From assembly GCA_963735035.1 (NCBI GenBank), contig CAVTJJ010000004.1:256001-320000 (forward strand): DNA of 64,000 nucleotides. Reading direction: 5' to 3'. Under the pieces are notes generated by a model that did not search any database, was not told the DNA's origin, and saw nothing but the letters and a program-made list of their open reading frames with translations. Source of the stretch: an uncultured candidate division Zixibacteria bacterium (lineage in GTDB: Bacteria; Zixibacteria; MSB-5A5; GN15; FEB-12). A program made the position numbers and the translations under genes. This document shows, in pieces, positions 1 through 9,525 of the stretch (the stretch's first letter is position 1; each line of letters begins with the position of its first letter).

Positions 1-215
1 ATATAACCCGGAAAAATGTGCATAAGAAGCAGATTCTAATCAGAATATCTTAGACCGTATTAGACCACGAATCCTTTACGAAATAGTAGTCTATTCCGTG
101 TCAGAATAGTTGGATTTAGTGCTACTGTGTGACCGACAACTGCTTGTGTGACGAGTTGTGGGGAGAAGAACGTTGTACGAGCTGGCAGATGTGGGTATCT
201 GCCGAGCACTCTTCA

Positions 216-959
216 TCAGCGGGCCGTGGTCTGGCGCGCTTGAAGTCCCAGACACTTATTTATCGCAGCCCCCAGTAGGACGTCGATCGTGTCTACCAGC
301 GGAACGGGGAATTCCTCGGGCTTCATAACCAGGGGCAACTCGGTGCAACCGGCGATGATTGCTTCGGCGCCTGCGTCAATCAAGATCTGCGCTCCTTGAG
401 CAAGCATCACTTTGGGTTTGCCTTCGACATTGCCGGCTTTGATACCCCACGGGGCATAGACCGGCTGCATGAAGTAAGTCTCCTGATCCGATTCGTCGAG
501 AAGCAGCGATTCGATACCCAGCTTGTGTAGCGGCTTCTGGAACAAATTCATCGAGATTGATCCGTTCGTGGCCATCACGCCAACTTTTTTCACACCGAGT
601 TCGCGGCATCGTTCAGCGGTCTGCTCCAGTCCGTCGATGATCACCGCTTTCGAGTGTTCTCGTAGTTGCGGAATGAAATAATGCGAGGTCATGCAGGCGA
701 GGATAATATAATCGGAGCCCATCCGGTTCAGAATCTCCACGGAGCGCTTGAGTTCCGGCATCGGGTCGGGTCCACCGTAGAGAATAGCCGCCGTCCGATC
801 CGGGATCGTGGGGTTATTGTGAAGGAATGTCTCGACGTGGTTCTGGTCGATCTGGGCCGGAGTGAGCTCGACCAACCGCTTGAAGAAATAGGCTGCCGCC
901 ACGGAGCCCATGCCGCCGATTATACCCAGCCGGGGACGCTTTTCCATCAGTACTGACAC
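216..959 (-). CDS. Aspartate/glutamate racemase family protein (aspartate racemase-like)
   Basis: GIIGGMG, IPDRT, LACMTSHYF and AGCTELP motifs; both catalytic Cys present. Confidence 0.9.
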   Translation of the reverse strand: MSVLMEKRPRLGIIGGMGSVAAAYFFKRLVELTPAQIDQNHVETFLHNNPTIPDRTAAILYGGPDPMPELKRSVEILNRMGSDYIILACMTSHYFIPQLREHSKAVIIDGLEQTAERCRELGVKKVGVMATNGSISMNLFQKPLHKLGIESLLLDESDQETYFMQPVYAPWGIKAGNVEGKPKVMLAQGAQILIDAGAEAIIAGCTELPLVMKPEEFPVPLVDTIDVLLGAAINKCLGLQARQTTAR

Positions 960-1073
960 TCCGATTCTGAATAGTTATTTGAGCCCTCGGGCTCTCAACT
1001 TCTTATCGGTCAACCGTGCATCTGAGTCAAAGGTTCACTGAAAAAAAGTCGCCCCGGAAGAAAATCTGCGACT

Positions 1074-1847
1074 CTATGGGGTCGTTTTCAAGCTCCGGGA
1101 TGGGCCGGAAACCGGCGGGTTAAGGACTTTCAGCACTTCGGTTGCTATGACTCGGTAGCCGTCCAGGTTCAAATCAACTTTGGTCCGGGCCAGATTATGC
1201 CGGAGATATCCGTTCTGGTCTACCACCGCCGTCCGCCAGTCGGCCAACAGGTAGCCGTTCTGTTGAGCCAGGTCGGTTACTAACTGACTGTACAAGGCGG
1301 CGGTGTCACGGACGATGAAATCCTCATGTTCGAACACCTGGTAGTCATCGCAGGGGGGAATACAGGTAGTTAGAATCGGCTCGACCCCCTGGCAGCGAGC
1401 CAGGGCAGCCATGGTACGGACGTAATCGAACACTTCGCGCACGTTCGTATTCGGAAGGAAATTGTAAGAGCTGACTTCGAACACGACATACCTCGGATGG
1501 AGATTAAGCACATCCGGCTGGAATCTTAGAAGGAATCCGGCCGCCCGTTGTCCTGTAACACCCCGGTTTATGGCCTCATAACCGGGGAAATACTGAGTCA
1601 GCGGCCATTCTTCCGTGACCTGCGTTCCGAAGAACACCACCCGGTTGATCACGGTTGCGTCAGATTGGAGCGCCGAATTGGCGGCTTCGTATTTCTCGCG
1701 ACAAGAGAACTCGTCGATCACGTACAGATACTTATCCAGCCAGTAATTGATGTACGAGCGGTATTCGTAGGCTTTGAATCCGACATAGAGAATAGTCAGG
1801 TTGCCTATCAACGACACTAGCAGCACCAGCCGCCATTTCCTTGTCAT
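1074..1847 (-). CDS. SGNH/GDSL-fold protein, membrane-anchored, degenerate catalytic motifs
   Basis: N-terminal TM helix; VVFFGTQVT (block I), INRGVTGQ (block II), RFQPDVLNLHP; block V reads KVDLNLDGY. Confidence 0.75.
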   Translation of the reverse strand: MTRKWRLVLLVSLIGNLTILYVGFKAYEYRSYINYWLDKYLYVIDEFSCREKYEAANSALQSDATVINRVVFFGTQVTEEWPLTQYFPGYEAINRGVTGQRAAGFLLRFQPDVLNLHPRYVVFEVSSYNFLPNTNVREVFDYVRTMAALARCQGVEPILTTCIPPCDDYQVFEHEDFIVRDTAALYSQLVTDLAQQNGYLLADWRTAVVDQNGYLRHNLARTKVDLNLDGYRVIATEVLKVLNPPVSGPSRSLKTTP

Positions 1848-2860
1848 TGTGCCTTCTCCTTTGACCGATACCGTCCGATCAGCAACTCCCTCAGAAATCC
1901 ATAGCCCAACCCCAGATGGACCGCGACATAAATAGGCGGGGCAAGCAAGAGGTACGAGGCGCCATGGCGCAAGGCAATCCCGGCCGAAGAGCCTATCACC
2001 GCCGCGAGATACAAGCCGTAGAGGATTAGAAACAGGACCCAGAACGCGCTCGTCAACAGCGAGAGCAATGGAAGCGCCACTAACCCCAATGCAAAGAGGG
2101 GCGGAATCATCGTGCCGACTCCGAGGGTATCCGGATGTTTGCGCGCCAGGCGCATCCGACCGGTCCCATAGCGAGCCATTTGTTTGAAGAGGCCCCCGAG
2201 TGACTGACGCGGATAGTAGTAAACCGCCAGCTTTAGCGACGTAAACGCCCGGTAGCCTGCCAGGGCCACTCGGTAGTTGAATTCGTAGTCTTCGCTGGCG
2301 TCAAATTCTTCATCGAAATACCCCACTCTTGTGAATACTTCACGCTGGTACGATGCCCCCGCGCTGGCCGGGTTTACGTACATATCCTGTTCGGTGTAGA
2401 TAGTCGAATCGAGGCCGTGGCCGAGAGTTGACTTACGCACCAGGGCCACCGCCTGCTGGAATCTACTGTTGTCCGGTGTCTCCAAAAATTGTGGACGACT
2501 GAGGACCTGCACGTCGTTTTCGGTCATTAGACGGGCGGTGTTCTTCAGCAACTGATCGTTGTCAATGTAAGTGTGGCCATCGACATACGTGACAATCTCG
2601 CCGGTTGCCGCTTTGGCTCCGAGATTGCGCGCCGATGACGACCACTGCTTCAGGTTGTGGAGATATTTGACCCGGGCATCTTCGGCCGCGATTCGTCGAA
2701 CGATATCGGCGGTGTCGTCGTTGGAGTCGCCCACAGCCACCAGGATTTCGAGCTTATCGCGAGGGTAGTCCTGTTCCTGCAGGTATTTAATGGTGCGGGC
2801 GATGAATTTTGCCTCGTTGCGAATAGGCAAAACGACTGAGATTCTGGGCCAGGTTTCCAA
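1844..2860 (-). CDS. Glycosyltransferase family 2 (ExoA-like) with C-terminal TM helices
   Basis: ISVVLPIRNE, ARNLG, YVDGH, FDE..SEDYEFNYR, QMARYG motifs; TTG start after GGAAGG. Confidence 0.9.
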   Translation of the reverse strand: METWPRISVVLPIRNEAKFIARTIKYLQEQDYPRDKLEILVAVGDSNDDTADIVRRIAAEDARVKYLHNLKQWSSSARNLGAKAATGEIVTYVDGHTYIDNDQLLKNTARLMTENDVQVLSRPQFLETPDNSRFQQAVALVRKSTLGHGLDSTIYTEQDMYVNPASAGASYQREVFTRVGYFDEEFDASEDYEFNYRVALAGYRAFTSLKLAVYYYPRQSLGGLFKQMARYGTGRMRLARKHPDTLGVGTMIPPLFALGLVALPLLSLLTSAFWVLFLILYGLYLAAVIGSSAGIALRHGASYLLLAPPIYVAVHLGLGYGFLRELLIGRYRSKEKAQ

Positions 2861-3244
2861 GTAAGTATCCTTCCAATGCCATGGTTAAGGACAAAGCCCG
2901 GTTGGGTCAACCCTAAAGCAAGCGCAAGGAACCGTAGGAATCGTAAGTCAAGAGGCTCCAGTTCAGGAGCTTACCAAGCTGATAGGAAAGAATGTACCAG
3001 CAGAATCTTCCCCGGTAGGTGTTTTTTGTTTGGATTATATTTGGAGACAAGACGCTATTTTCGTACTATAAAGATGATAGTCCCAGTCTTCACTTGAAGA
3101 GAATAGAGCGTTTTCAACGTACCAGAACCTTTGTATACATAGAGATTCCTGCTTTTGCAGTCCAGCTAAACCAGAGATTACCAGATATATCCGCTCGGAT
3201 GCTTCTTACCGTGCCATATCCCTGGAGGAAGGAAGTTTCCGTAA

Positions 3245-4366
3245 ATGTTCTCAACGAGTCTGAGACCTCTTGTCATAGGCGATAAGATCGCTCCGTTGCC
3301 CATAGTTCAAGGCGGCATGGGAGTGGGAATATCGCTAGCCGGTCTGGCATCGGCTGTCGCCAACGTAGGCGGAATCGGCGTTATCGCCGCCGCCGGCATC
3401 GGGATGTACGAACGCGATTTCTACTCCAACTATCTGCAGGCCAATACCAGGGCCCTGCGCCGCGAGATACGCAAAGCCAAGCTACTCACCGGAGGCATTC
3501 TCGGTCTCAACATCATGGTAGCTTTCTCCAACTACGGTGATCTTGTGCGGGTGGCTGTGGAAGAAGAAATCGACGTCATTTTCTCGGGCGCCGGTCTGCC
3601 GATGACCCTCCCGCAGTATATCGACTCCAACTCCAAGACCAAGATCGTACCGATTATTTCCTCGGGCCGCGCAGCCGCGCTTATCTGCAAACGCTGGTTG
3701 AGCAAATACGACTATCTGCCCGATGCTATCGTGGTCGAAGGACCCCGGGCCGGAGGGCATCTAGGGTTTTCCGAAGCTCAGATATTTGATCCCGCCTTTG
3801 CGCTGGAAAAACTGGTGCCGGACGTAGTAGAGCAGGTCCGCGGGTTCTCAGAACGAAGTGGCAAGCCGATTCCCGTGATTGCGGCAGGCGGTATCTACAC
3901 CGGCGCCGACATCCGGGCGATTATGGCATTGGGAGCCGATGCCGTCCAGATGGGGACACGCTTTGTCGCCACGCATGAATGCGACGCCGATGTTCTGTTC
4001 AAGCAGGCTTACATTGACGCCAAAGCTGAGGACATCGTCATCATCCACAGTCCGGTCGGGATGCCCGGACGGGCGATCCGCAATCAGTATATCGATGACG
4101 TCGGCGAGGGAATCAAGAAGCCGTATAAGTGCCCATATCACTGTATTCTCACTTGTGACTATAAGAACTCCCCATACTGCATTGCGCATGCTTTGATGAG
4201 CGCCAAACGCGGCCGGTTCCGCGCCGGTTTTGCTTTCGCGGGCGCCAATGTGCATCGGGTCAACGAGATTGTCTCGGTGAAGGAACTCGTCTCGACCCTG
4301 GTCGATGAATACGAACAATCGGCCGATGTGGCAGCTGTGCTGCCGGCTCGCCGCAAAGCGGTGTAG
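3245..4366 (+). CDS. Nitronate monooxygenase / FabK-like FMN oxidoreductase
   Basis: PIVQGGMGVG, EGPRAGGHLG, AAGGIYTG, VQMGTRFVATHECDA; Cys-rich C-terminus. Confidence 0.9.
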   Translation: MFSTSLRPLVIGDKIAPLPIVQGGMGVGISLAGLASAVANVGGIGVIAAAGIGMYERDFYSNYLQANTRALRREIRKAKLLTGGILGLNIMVAFSNYGDLVRVAVEEEIDVIFSGAGLPMTLPQYIDSNSKTKIVPIISSGRAAALICKRWLSKYDYLPDAIVVEGPRAGGHLGFSEAQIFDPAFALEKLVPDVVEQVRGFSERSGKPIPVIAAGGIYTGADIRAIMALGADAVQMGTRFVATHECDADVLFKQAYIDAKAEDIVIIHSPVGMPGRAIRNQYIDDVGEGIKKPYKCPYHCILTCDYKNSPYCIAHALMSAKRGRFRAGFAFAGANVHRVNEIVSVKELVSTLVDEYEQSADVAAVLPARRKAV

Positions 4367-4368
4367 GT

Positions 4369-5112
4369 CTACTTAGACTCCTCCGGGGGAATCTTTGGCA
4401 ATCGCGCCGTCCATGGCCGACGGTATGCTCCATCCATAGTCAGACGATTGAATCCCGATTGGGCCGCCCTGATATACCCGCTCTCATCAGAGATTGGAGG
4501 CCAGGAGGCTCTAAGCTTGGGAATGTCGCGGGGAAAGAAATAGTCGCTCTCCGCTTCGATGTCCCGATCTCCGTTGCTGTCCTGTAGAGTCACGATGACC
4601 TTTCCGGCAAGTTCTTTCACGCTCGGCCAATTCCCCTGCATTTTGTCTTGAAGCACTTGTGGAGTGATCCAGCGATCGTCGCCGATCCAGTCCTTCAGGC
4701 TGTCGCGGAGTCTTAATTGCCAGTCCTTGTCCCAATTGTCAGCGCATTGGAACGAAGGAAATCGAAATGGACTGCACGGTTTCGTGGTTTTCGCTTCCAG
4801 CTTGATTATCAAGGGATGGACCGAAAGCGATTCGGCGGATAGCGCGTTACGAACCCAGTCCCCGAGACTGGATAGATGATGCCGGGGTTTTGGCCCACTG
4901 TGACCGACCTCGAAATCGGGAGAGTCAAATGGAATTCCGAAGTCTAACTCTATCTCCCAGACGTCGAACTTATCAATCTGCACTCGTGGTGGGTCGGGCA
5001 AATCGTAAGAGTTGTGAGTAGCTTTGAATTGAATCTGGTCAAGCGTGAGCGAGTCGGCACAAAGACAGACCGCCGGCAAAAGCATGAGAAAAGCAGCGAC
5101 CCTGGCCCACAT
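4369..5112 (-). CDS. Secreted PI-PLC-like phosphodiesterase
   Basis: Signal peptide from ATG 5112; QFKATHNSY, EIELD, VGH, WPSVKELAGKVI resemble the PLC X-domain. Confidence 0.65.
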   Translation of the reverse strand: MWARVAAFLMLLPAVCLCADSLTLDQIQFKATHNSYDLPDPPRVQIDKFDVWEIELDFGIPFDSPDFEVGHSGPKPRHHLSSLGDWVRNALSAESLSVHPLIIKLEAKTTKPCSPFRFPSFQCADNWDKDWQLRLRDSLKDWIGDDRWITPQVLQDKMQGNWPSVKELAGKVIVTLQDSNGDRDIEAESDYFFPRDIPKLRASWPPISDESGYIRAAQSGFNRLTMDGAYRRPWTARLPKIPPEESK

Positions 5113-5134
5113 CACAGATAATTTACCCGTGGTA

Positions 5135-5893
5135 CTAGTCAAAACAACCGAACACCACATACTTCGGCGCTATCGCCGTTGTGTCTAACGGGACCGCGTA
5201 CTCATGCCCCGGAATTCTCACCACGTCGGTCTTACCCTTCACAAAGTCTTCCGCGGTGTAAATGAGAAAATCGGCCACCCGCGTCTTGAAATGCATCGGG
5301 ATTACCGCCCGCGTCGGTTTTAATTGCGCCACCACTGAATCAGCCGTGGCTCCCCAGAAAGTGTATTTGCCACCGACCGGGATCATAAGCACATCGACCT
5401 TGCCGATCTTCTGAAGCTGCTCCGGGTTGAGGGTCGTACCAAGATCGCCCAGATGCACCACCCGGAGGCCATCGATCTCGTACACGAAGATCGCGTTCAG
5501 AGTGCGGTTCTCGGCGGGGTTGTGGTGGAATGAACTCACGTCATAGATGTGAACACCCTTAATGGTGGTGTCGACCGGGATAAACTTCTGAGAGTCGTCA
5601 TCCCCGGTCCGAGTCTTCCCGAATATGATGTGCGGACTCCCAGCCAGTGAATCGACCGCGGCATGGTCAAAGTGATTGTGCGAAACCGTGACGACATCAG
5701 CGATCAGGTCTTTCGGCACCTGATACTCTTTGATATTGACCGGATCGATCAAGATCTTGGCGCCTTCGGGCGTGGTAATCAGAAAGCAGGACTGGCCGTA
5801 CCAGGTGAAAGTGACCTGGTGCGGAGTTTCGGCCTGGACGAACGAGCCCAATCCGAGAAGAAGCATAAGCCCTGCGAGTACGATTTCTTTCAT
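5135..5893 (-). CDS. Secreted MBL-fold metallo-hydrolase
   Basis: Signal peptide; WYGQSCF, SHNHFDH, HLGDLG, IPVGG, IPMHF. Confidence 0.88.
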   Translation of the reverse strand: MKEIVLAGLMLLLGLGSFVQAETPHQVTFTWYGQSCFLITTPEGAKILIDPVNIKEYQVPKDLIADVVTVSHNHFDHAAVDSLAGSPHIIFGKTRTGDDDSQKFIPVDTTIKGVHIYDVSSFHHNPAENRTLNAIFVYEIDGLRVVHLGDLGTTLNPEQLQKIGKVDVLMIPVGGKYTFWGATADSVVAQLKPTRAVIPMHFKTRVADFLIYTAEDFVKGKTDVVRIPGHEYAVPLDTTAIAPKYVVFGCFD

Positions 5894-5930
5894 ATCATTA
5901 TCTCCAAAACAATGCAATCACTTCGCTCTT

Positions 5931-6272
5931 TGTACCCCACCCAACGGGTGGTATTTGTCGCCCTGGATGCCCCGCCTGAAGCGGGGCAAGACAGAGGGGA
6001 GGCCCCGCTCATAGAGAGTGCCCGGCAGATGTCCACATCTGCCGGCTCGTACAACACTCTTCGGTACCCTACCCAGCAGGTGGGTACTTTTCGATTGCAT
6101 GAGCGATGTCGGGTTTCTCGTCGCTCCCGACATGGTCGGGCCCGACTCGGAACGCCGACCTACACTAAGCCACCCAACGGGTGGGACTTGTCGCCCCTGG
6201 GTGCCCCGCCTGAAGCGGGGCAAGACAGAGGGGAGGCCCGCTCATGAAGAGTGCCCGGCCCGCCGCGGCGGA
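5931..6272. repeat. Cluster of REP-like palindromes
   Basis: Two near-identical units CCACCCAACGGGTGG...GCCCCGCCTGAAGCGGGGCAAGACAG; GTGCCCGGCAGATGTCCACATCTGCCGG at 6018-6045; the same units occur inverted at 14600-14800. Confidence 0.85.
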
Positions 6273-6409
6273 CCTTGCGATTACGGTCCCTGGGCAATTT
6301 CAATAGTCCCAGCGCGTCTGCATCCGTCGCACGCTGGTGGACGAGGGCATCCACCAGCCACTGAGATTATGCATTCGGTCGACCGGACAAGCCAGTCTGT
6401 TTTTCGTCT

Positions 6410-6979
6410 CTACGGCTGGGCGATACCGATTACTCCGCAGGCGATCCGCGCCCCGGAGTTGCCGGTCGGCTGGGTGGTCAGGTCATCTTCCTTCTCATGA
6501 ACAACCACCGACCGCCCCAAAATCGAGCCAGGTCCGTCAAAACTGATATGTGAATCAATCCACTCCACGTGAGCGGTGCCATCGGCCTCAGCCACCAGAT
6601 TGCCCATGTCGCCCATGTGACTGGTCGCACTGGCCGGAGCGCCGTGGGTTTCACCGGCAACCATGAAATGCGGTCCGGCGGACGTGAAATCGGGGGCGCT
6701 GCAGTCACCGAACGCGTGAATATGAAAGCCGTGCTTGCCGGGGGTTAGCCCGGTGATGTCGGCCGTCACCTTGATGCCACCTTCGGTCTTTTCGAATCGG
6801 ATTATGCCGCGAACCGGGTTGTTCGCCGCCGGGACTAGAACAGCGATTGCCTTGATGACTTCGGTGGGCTTGGCAATCTTCATGTCCATTCCCCCGTGCT
6901 GCATTCCCTGCATTGTCTGGGCGGGAGCGGTCACACCGAGTAAGGCGACCACCGCGCTCAGGATCATAATCTTACGCAT
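6410..6979 (-). CDS. sodC: Periplasmic Cu/Zn superoxide dismutase
   Basis: Signal peptide; GKHGFHIH, SAGPHF, HMGDMGN, VVHEKEDD, GARIACGVI. Confidence 0.95.
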   Translation of the reverse strand: MRKIMILSAVVALLGVTAPAQTMQGMQHGGMDMKIAKPTEVIKAIAVLVPAANNPVRGIIRFEKTEGGIKVTADITGLTPGKHGFHIHAFGDCSAPDFTSAGPHFMVAGETHGAPASATSHMGDMGNLVAEADGTAHVEWIDSHISFDGPGSILGRSVVVHEKEDDLTTQPTGNSGARIACGVIGIAQP

Positions 6980-7106
6980 ATAGAACCGTCCTTTCGTTTA
7001 CTCCTGGCTCTGCCAGTTCTGTTCGCTCTGTAACAATTGATTTTTGATGGAGTTCACGAAAATGGACTAGTGGGTCGGGGGGCTGTGATTTCAACTGGGA
7101 GGAAAT

Positions 7107-7148
7107 GGCAGAACCACTCCACCCAAGGGGTGGAGGGTTCTGCCCTAC
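7107..7148 (-). repeat. GTAG-type REP (GTAGGGCAGAAYC...)
   Basis: Minus strand GTAGGGCAGAACC...GGTTCTGCC; relatives near 51645-51657, 52071-52118 and 52164-52205. Confidence 0.7.
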
Positions 7149-7273
7149 GGTCTGTTGAGCTGACTTAGCTATTTGGCAAGAGTCTTGTAAGTCGAAACCA
7201 GCCCGCTTCGGGCGGTTTCGACATGCAATGACAAAACCACCCACATGTTCGGTGGGGTACTGTACCCGCTATC

Positions 7274-9148
7274 TCACACCCACGGCGCATCGGAATCAAT
7301 GAACTTCCGATGGAAATACTCGAAACTGAACAACCAATCCAGTTCGTAAAACGCCTCGCCCCCCTCGCGCTGACGTTTCAGCAGCGCCTTCACGGCTGAC
7401 GGCTCGAAGTAGCCGCGCTCCTGGGTGCGTTTGTCGGTGAGGATCGACTCGTACCGGTCGCGCAGCCGTCGATCCACCCGATACCATTGAGCATGATGGG
7501 CATAGTTGCGCTTGTCGTAATATTTGTACCGGCCCAGGGTCAGTCGTTCCAGCAAGTGCATAGCCCTCCGGTAACGGGGCTTCAGGCCAAGCGGATCGCT
7601 CTTCGGGGTAGAGTACAAGTTAACCCCGGTCGCCTGGTACTCGACCGCCGCCAGGTGGGGGAACAGCGCCTTGATGTACGCAATCATGAAGCGACGTTTC
7701 GTTTTCAATAGCGACGGCAACTGCTGATAGAAATCGACCAGCTTGTCATCGTACAATGCGAAATGGTCATGCCACCGATATCGGTTACAGTCGACCCGGT
7801 TCATATAACGGGTCAGACGATTGCGTATGAAGAAGATGTCCCGCTGAAAATGAAATTTGTCGGTGACTTTGGAATGAAAGTCCATCTCCTCGGTGACATT
7901 CTTAATGAAAGCTTGCGGGAAACGGTTCCGCCACTCCGGCCTGAACAGCGCATAGAACGCCTGCATATCGTGATGGGCGCGAACAGAACGGGTGACATTC
8001 TCGATCCGCTTTTCCGGGGTCAGGACGAGGTCAATATCTTCCTCGCGGAAATAGGCGTTCCCGAAATTGGTGGGTCCGCCAAAGATGCCGTTAAGAAGGC
8101 AGGTGCTCTGCTGCGGGAGATTATACTGCGCGCCGATTCCGAGCAGGATCGCCGGGCTGAGATCGACCATCCCTTCGGCGTATCGGGCGAAATCGTCCAT
8201 GTAATCAAGCACCCATCCGGGTTGTATTTCGATGAACCGGTGCTCGAAATTGAGCGTCGCTGCCATTTTTTGGGCGATGCTAAGATCGAGGCATCCGGGT
8301 ATCCCGTGGGTAACAAAGATCGGTCTGATGCCCGCTTTGACCGCCTGCCCGGCGATCAGTCGCGAATCGAGGCCACCTGACAACGGCAGAAGGACATGTT
8401 CATATCCGGCGGTCCGCTTCTGGATCACGCCGGCGTAGGCGGCCTCGGCTCGTTCAATCAACTCCGGAACCGACGCCGTTGACTCGATATCGAAATTGAA
8501 ATCCCACCACTTGCTCAGGCGCGTTTCGCCCTGCTGATACTCGATCCGATGCCCCCCACGCAGGAATTTCGCCTTCTCGAAAATAGTCCGGTCGCCGAAC
8601 GGATAGCCGACATTGAAGAAATCTTCGATGGTATGTTTGTCCAATCCCCGGGTGAATTCCGGGCAGGCAAGGAACGCCTGAAGCTCCGTGGCAAACAAGA
8701 AAAGCTCGCCCAGATCGGCATAATAGAGATGACGGTGGCCCATCCGGTCGGTGGCGATGAGCGCCTTCTCTGCGGTTGTGTCAAAGACCGCCAGGTTGAA
8801 CGATCCGTCGATCCGGTCAGGTAGGTCATGGCCGAGTTTCCGAAAGCCGTGCACCAGTTGAGACGGCATATCGGGAGCAGTGCGTCGGACGTCGGCGGAA
8901 TTGTCTTTCCAATCATAGATGTAGCCAGAGTATGCGGCGCATCCTTCGGAGCGGTCGACCAGACGCTTTTCGTTAGGGCGCGACAGGCCCACGTAGGCCA
9001 GGGCGAACCAGGGGTGGACGGCGGTTTCGGTCGCGTAGCCGTCGGTATGGTTGAGCCGCTGACACATTTTGTCGAGGAGCCGACGATTGACCTCCACGGC
9101 GTTCGCCTCACGACCCTTCTTTCTGATAAAACCCGCAATGCCCGGCAT
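7274..9148 (-). CDS. Asparagine synthetase-related amide ligase lacking the N-terminal catalytic Cys
   Basis: MPGIAG start, DRMGHRHLYY, FATE, LSGGLDSR; C-terminal ERGYF. Confidence 0.85.
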   Translation of the reverse strand: MPGIAGFIRKKGREANAVEVNRRLLDKMCQRLNHTDGYATETAVHPWFALAYVGLSRPNEKRLVDRSEGCAAYSGYIYDWKDNSADVRRTAPDMPSQLVHGFRKLGHDLPDRIDGSFNLAVFDTTAEKALIATDRMGHRHLYYADLGELFLFATELQAFLACPEFTRGLDKHTIEDFFNVGYPFGDRTIFEKAKFLRGGHRIEYQQGETRLSKWWDFNFDIESTASVPELIERAEAAYAGVIQKRTAGYEHVLLPLSGGLDSRLIAGQAVKAGIRPIFVTHGIPGCLDLSIAQKMAATLNFEHRFIEIQPGWVLDYMDDFARYAEGMVDLSPAILLGIGAQYNLPQQSTCLLNGIFGGPTNFGNAYFREEDIDLVLTPEKRIENVTRSVRAHHDMQAFYALFRPEWRNRFPQAFIKNVTEEMDFHSKVTDKFHFQRDIFFIRNRLTRYMNRVDCNRYRWHDHFALYDDKLVDFYQQLPSLLKTKRRFMIAYIKALFPHLAAVEYQATGVNLYSTPKSDPLGLKPRYRRAMHLLERLTLGRYKYYDKRNYAHHAQWYRVDRRLRDRYESILTDKRTQERGYFEPSAVKALLKRQREGGEAFYELDWLFSFEYFHRKFIDSDAPWV

Positions 9149-9277
9149 AAGTCTCCTGCGCGAATATGGTTACCGGCTGCCGCCGTCTTTCTACCGACCG
9201 GGAATACTAACAGTCTGTTAAGGCATCAGGCAACGTTTTTGGCGGGGGGGCGGTGTATGAGGCGCCAAGTAGAGGTT

Positions 9278-9408
9278 GTGTCAGTTCCTGCGCCCCCGAT
9301 TTCAATCGGGGGCGCAGGAACTGACACCGCTATATTCGAACGAGCAGCAGTGTCAGGTCACATCCCCATCCCGCCTCCGGCGGGCCGGGGACAGGACCTG
9401 ACACAACC
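9278..9408. repeat. Pair of GYGTCAG(G/T)TC...GA(C/A)CTGACRC palindromes
   Basis: Perfect 23-bp arms 9278-9300/9305-9327; related second hairpin 9350-9404. Confidence 0.8.
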
Positions 9409-9525
9409 ATTCTGGACACCCACCGGCAACAGACCGCGGGATATTTTGATTGAAAAGACCCCCCGCGGCCGATAGCTTGTTACAGACGTTGATGATCCAT
9501 TATCGATGCCCAAAGAATCGCGGAT

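Noticed and set aside
5663..6546. ORFs containing VPGRCPHLP-type peptides (also near 14552, 17177, 39500 and 49301)
   Set aside because: Translations of REP palindromes, not genes
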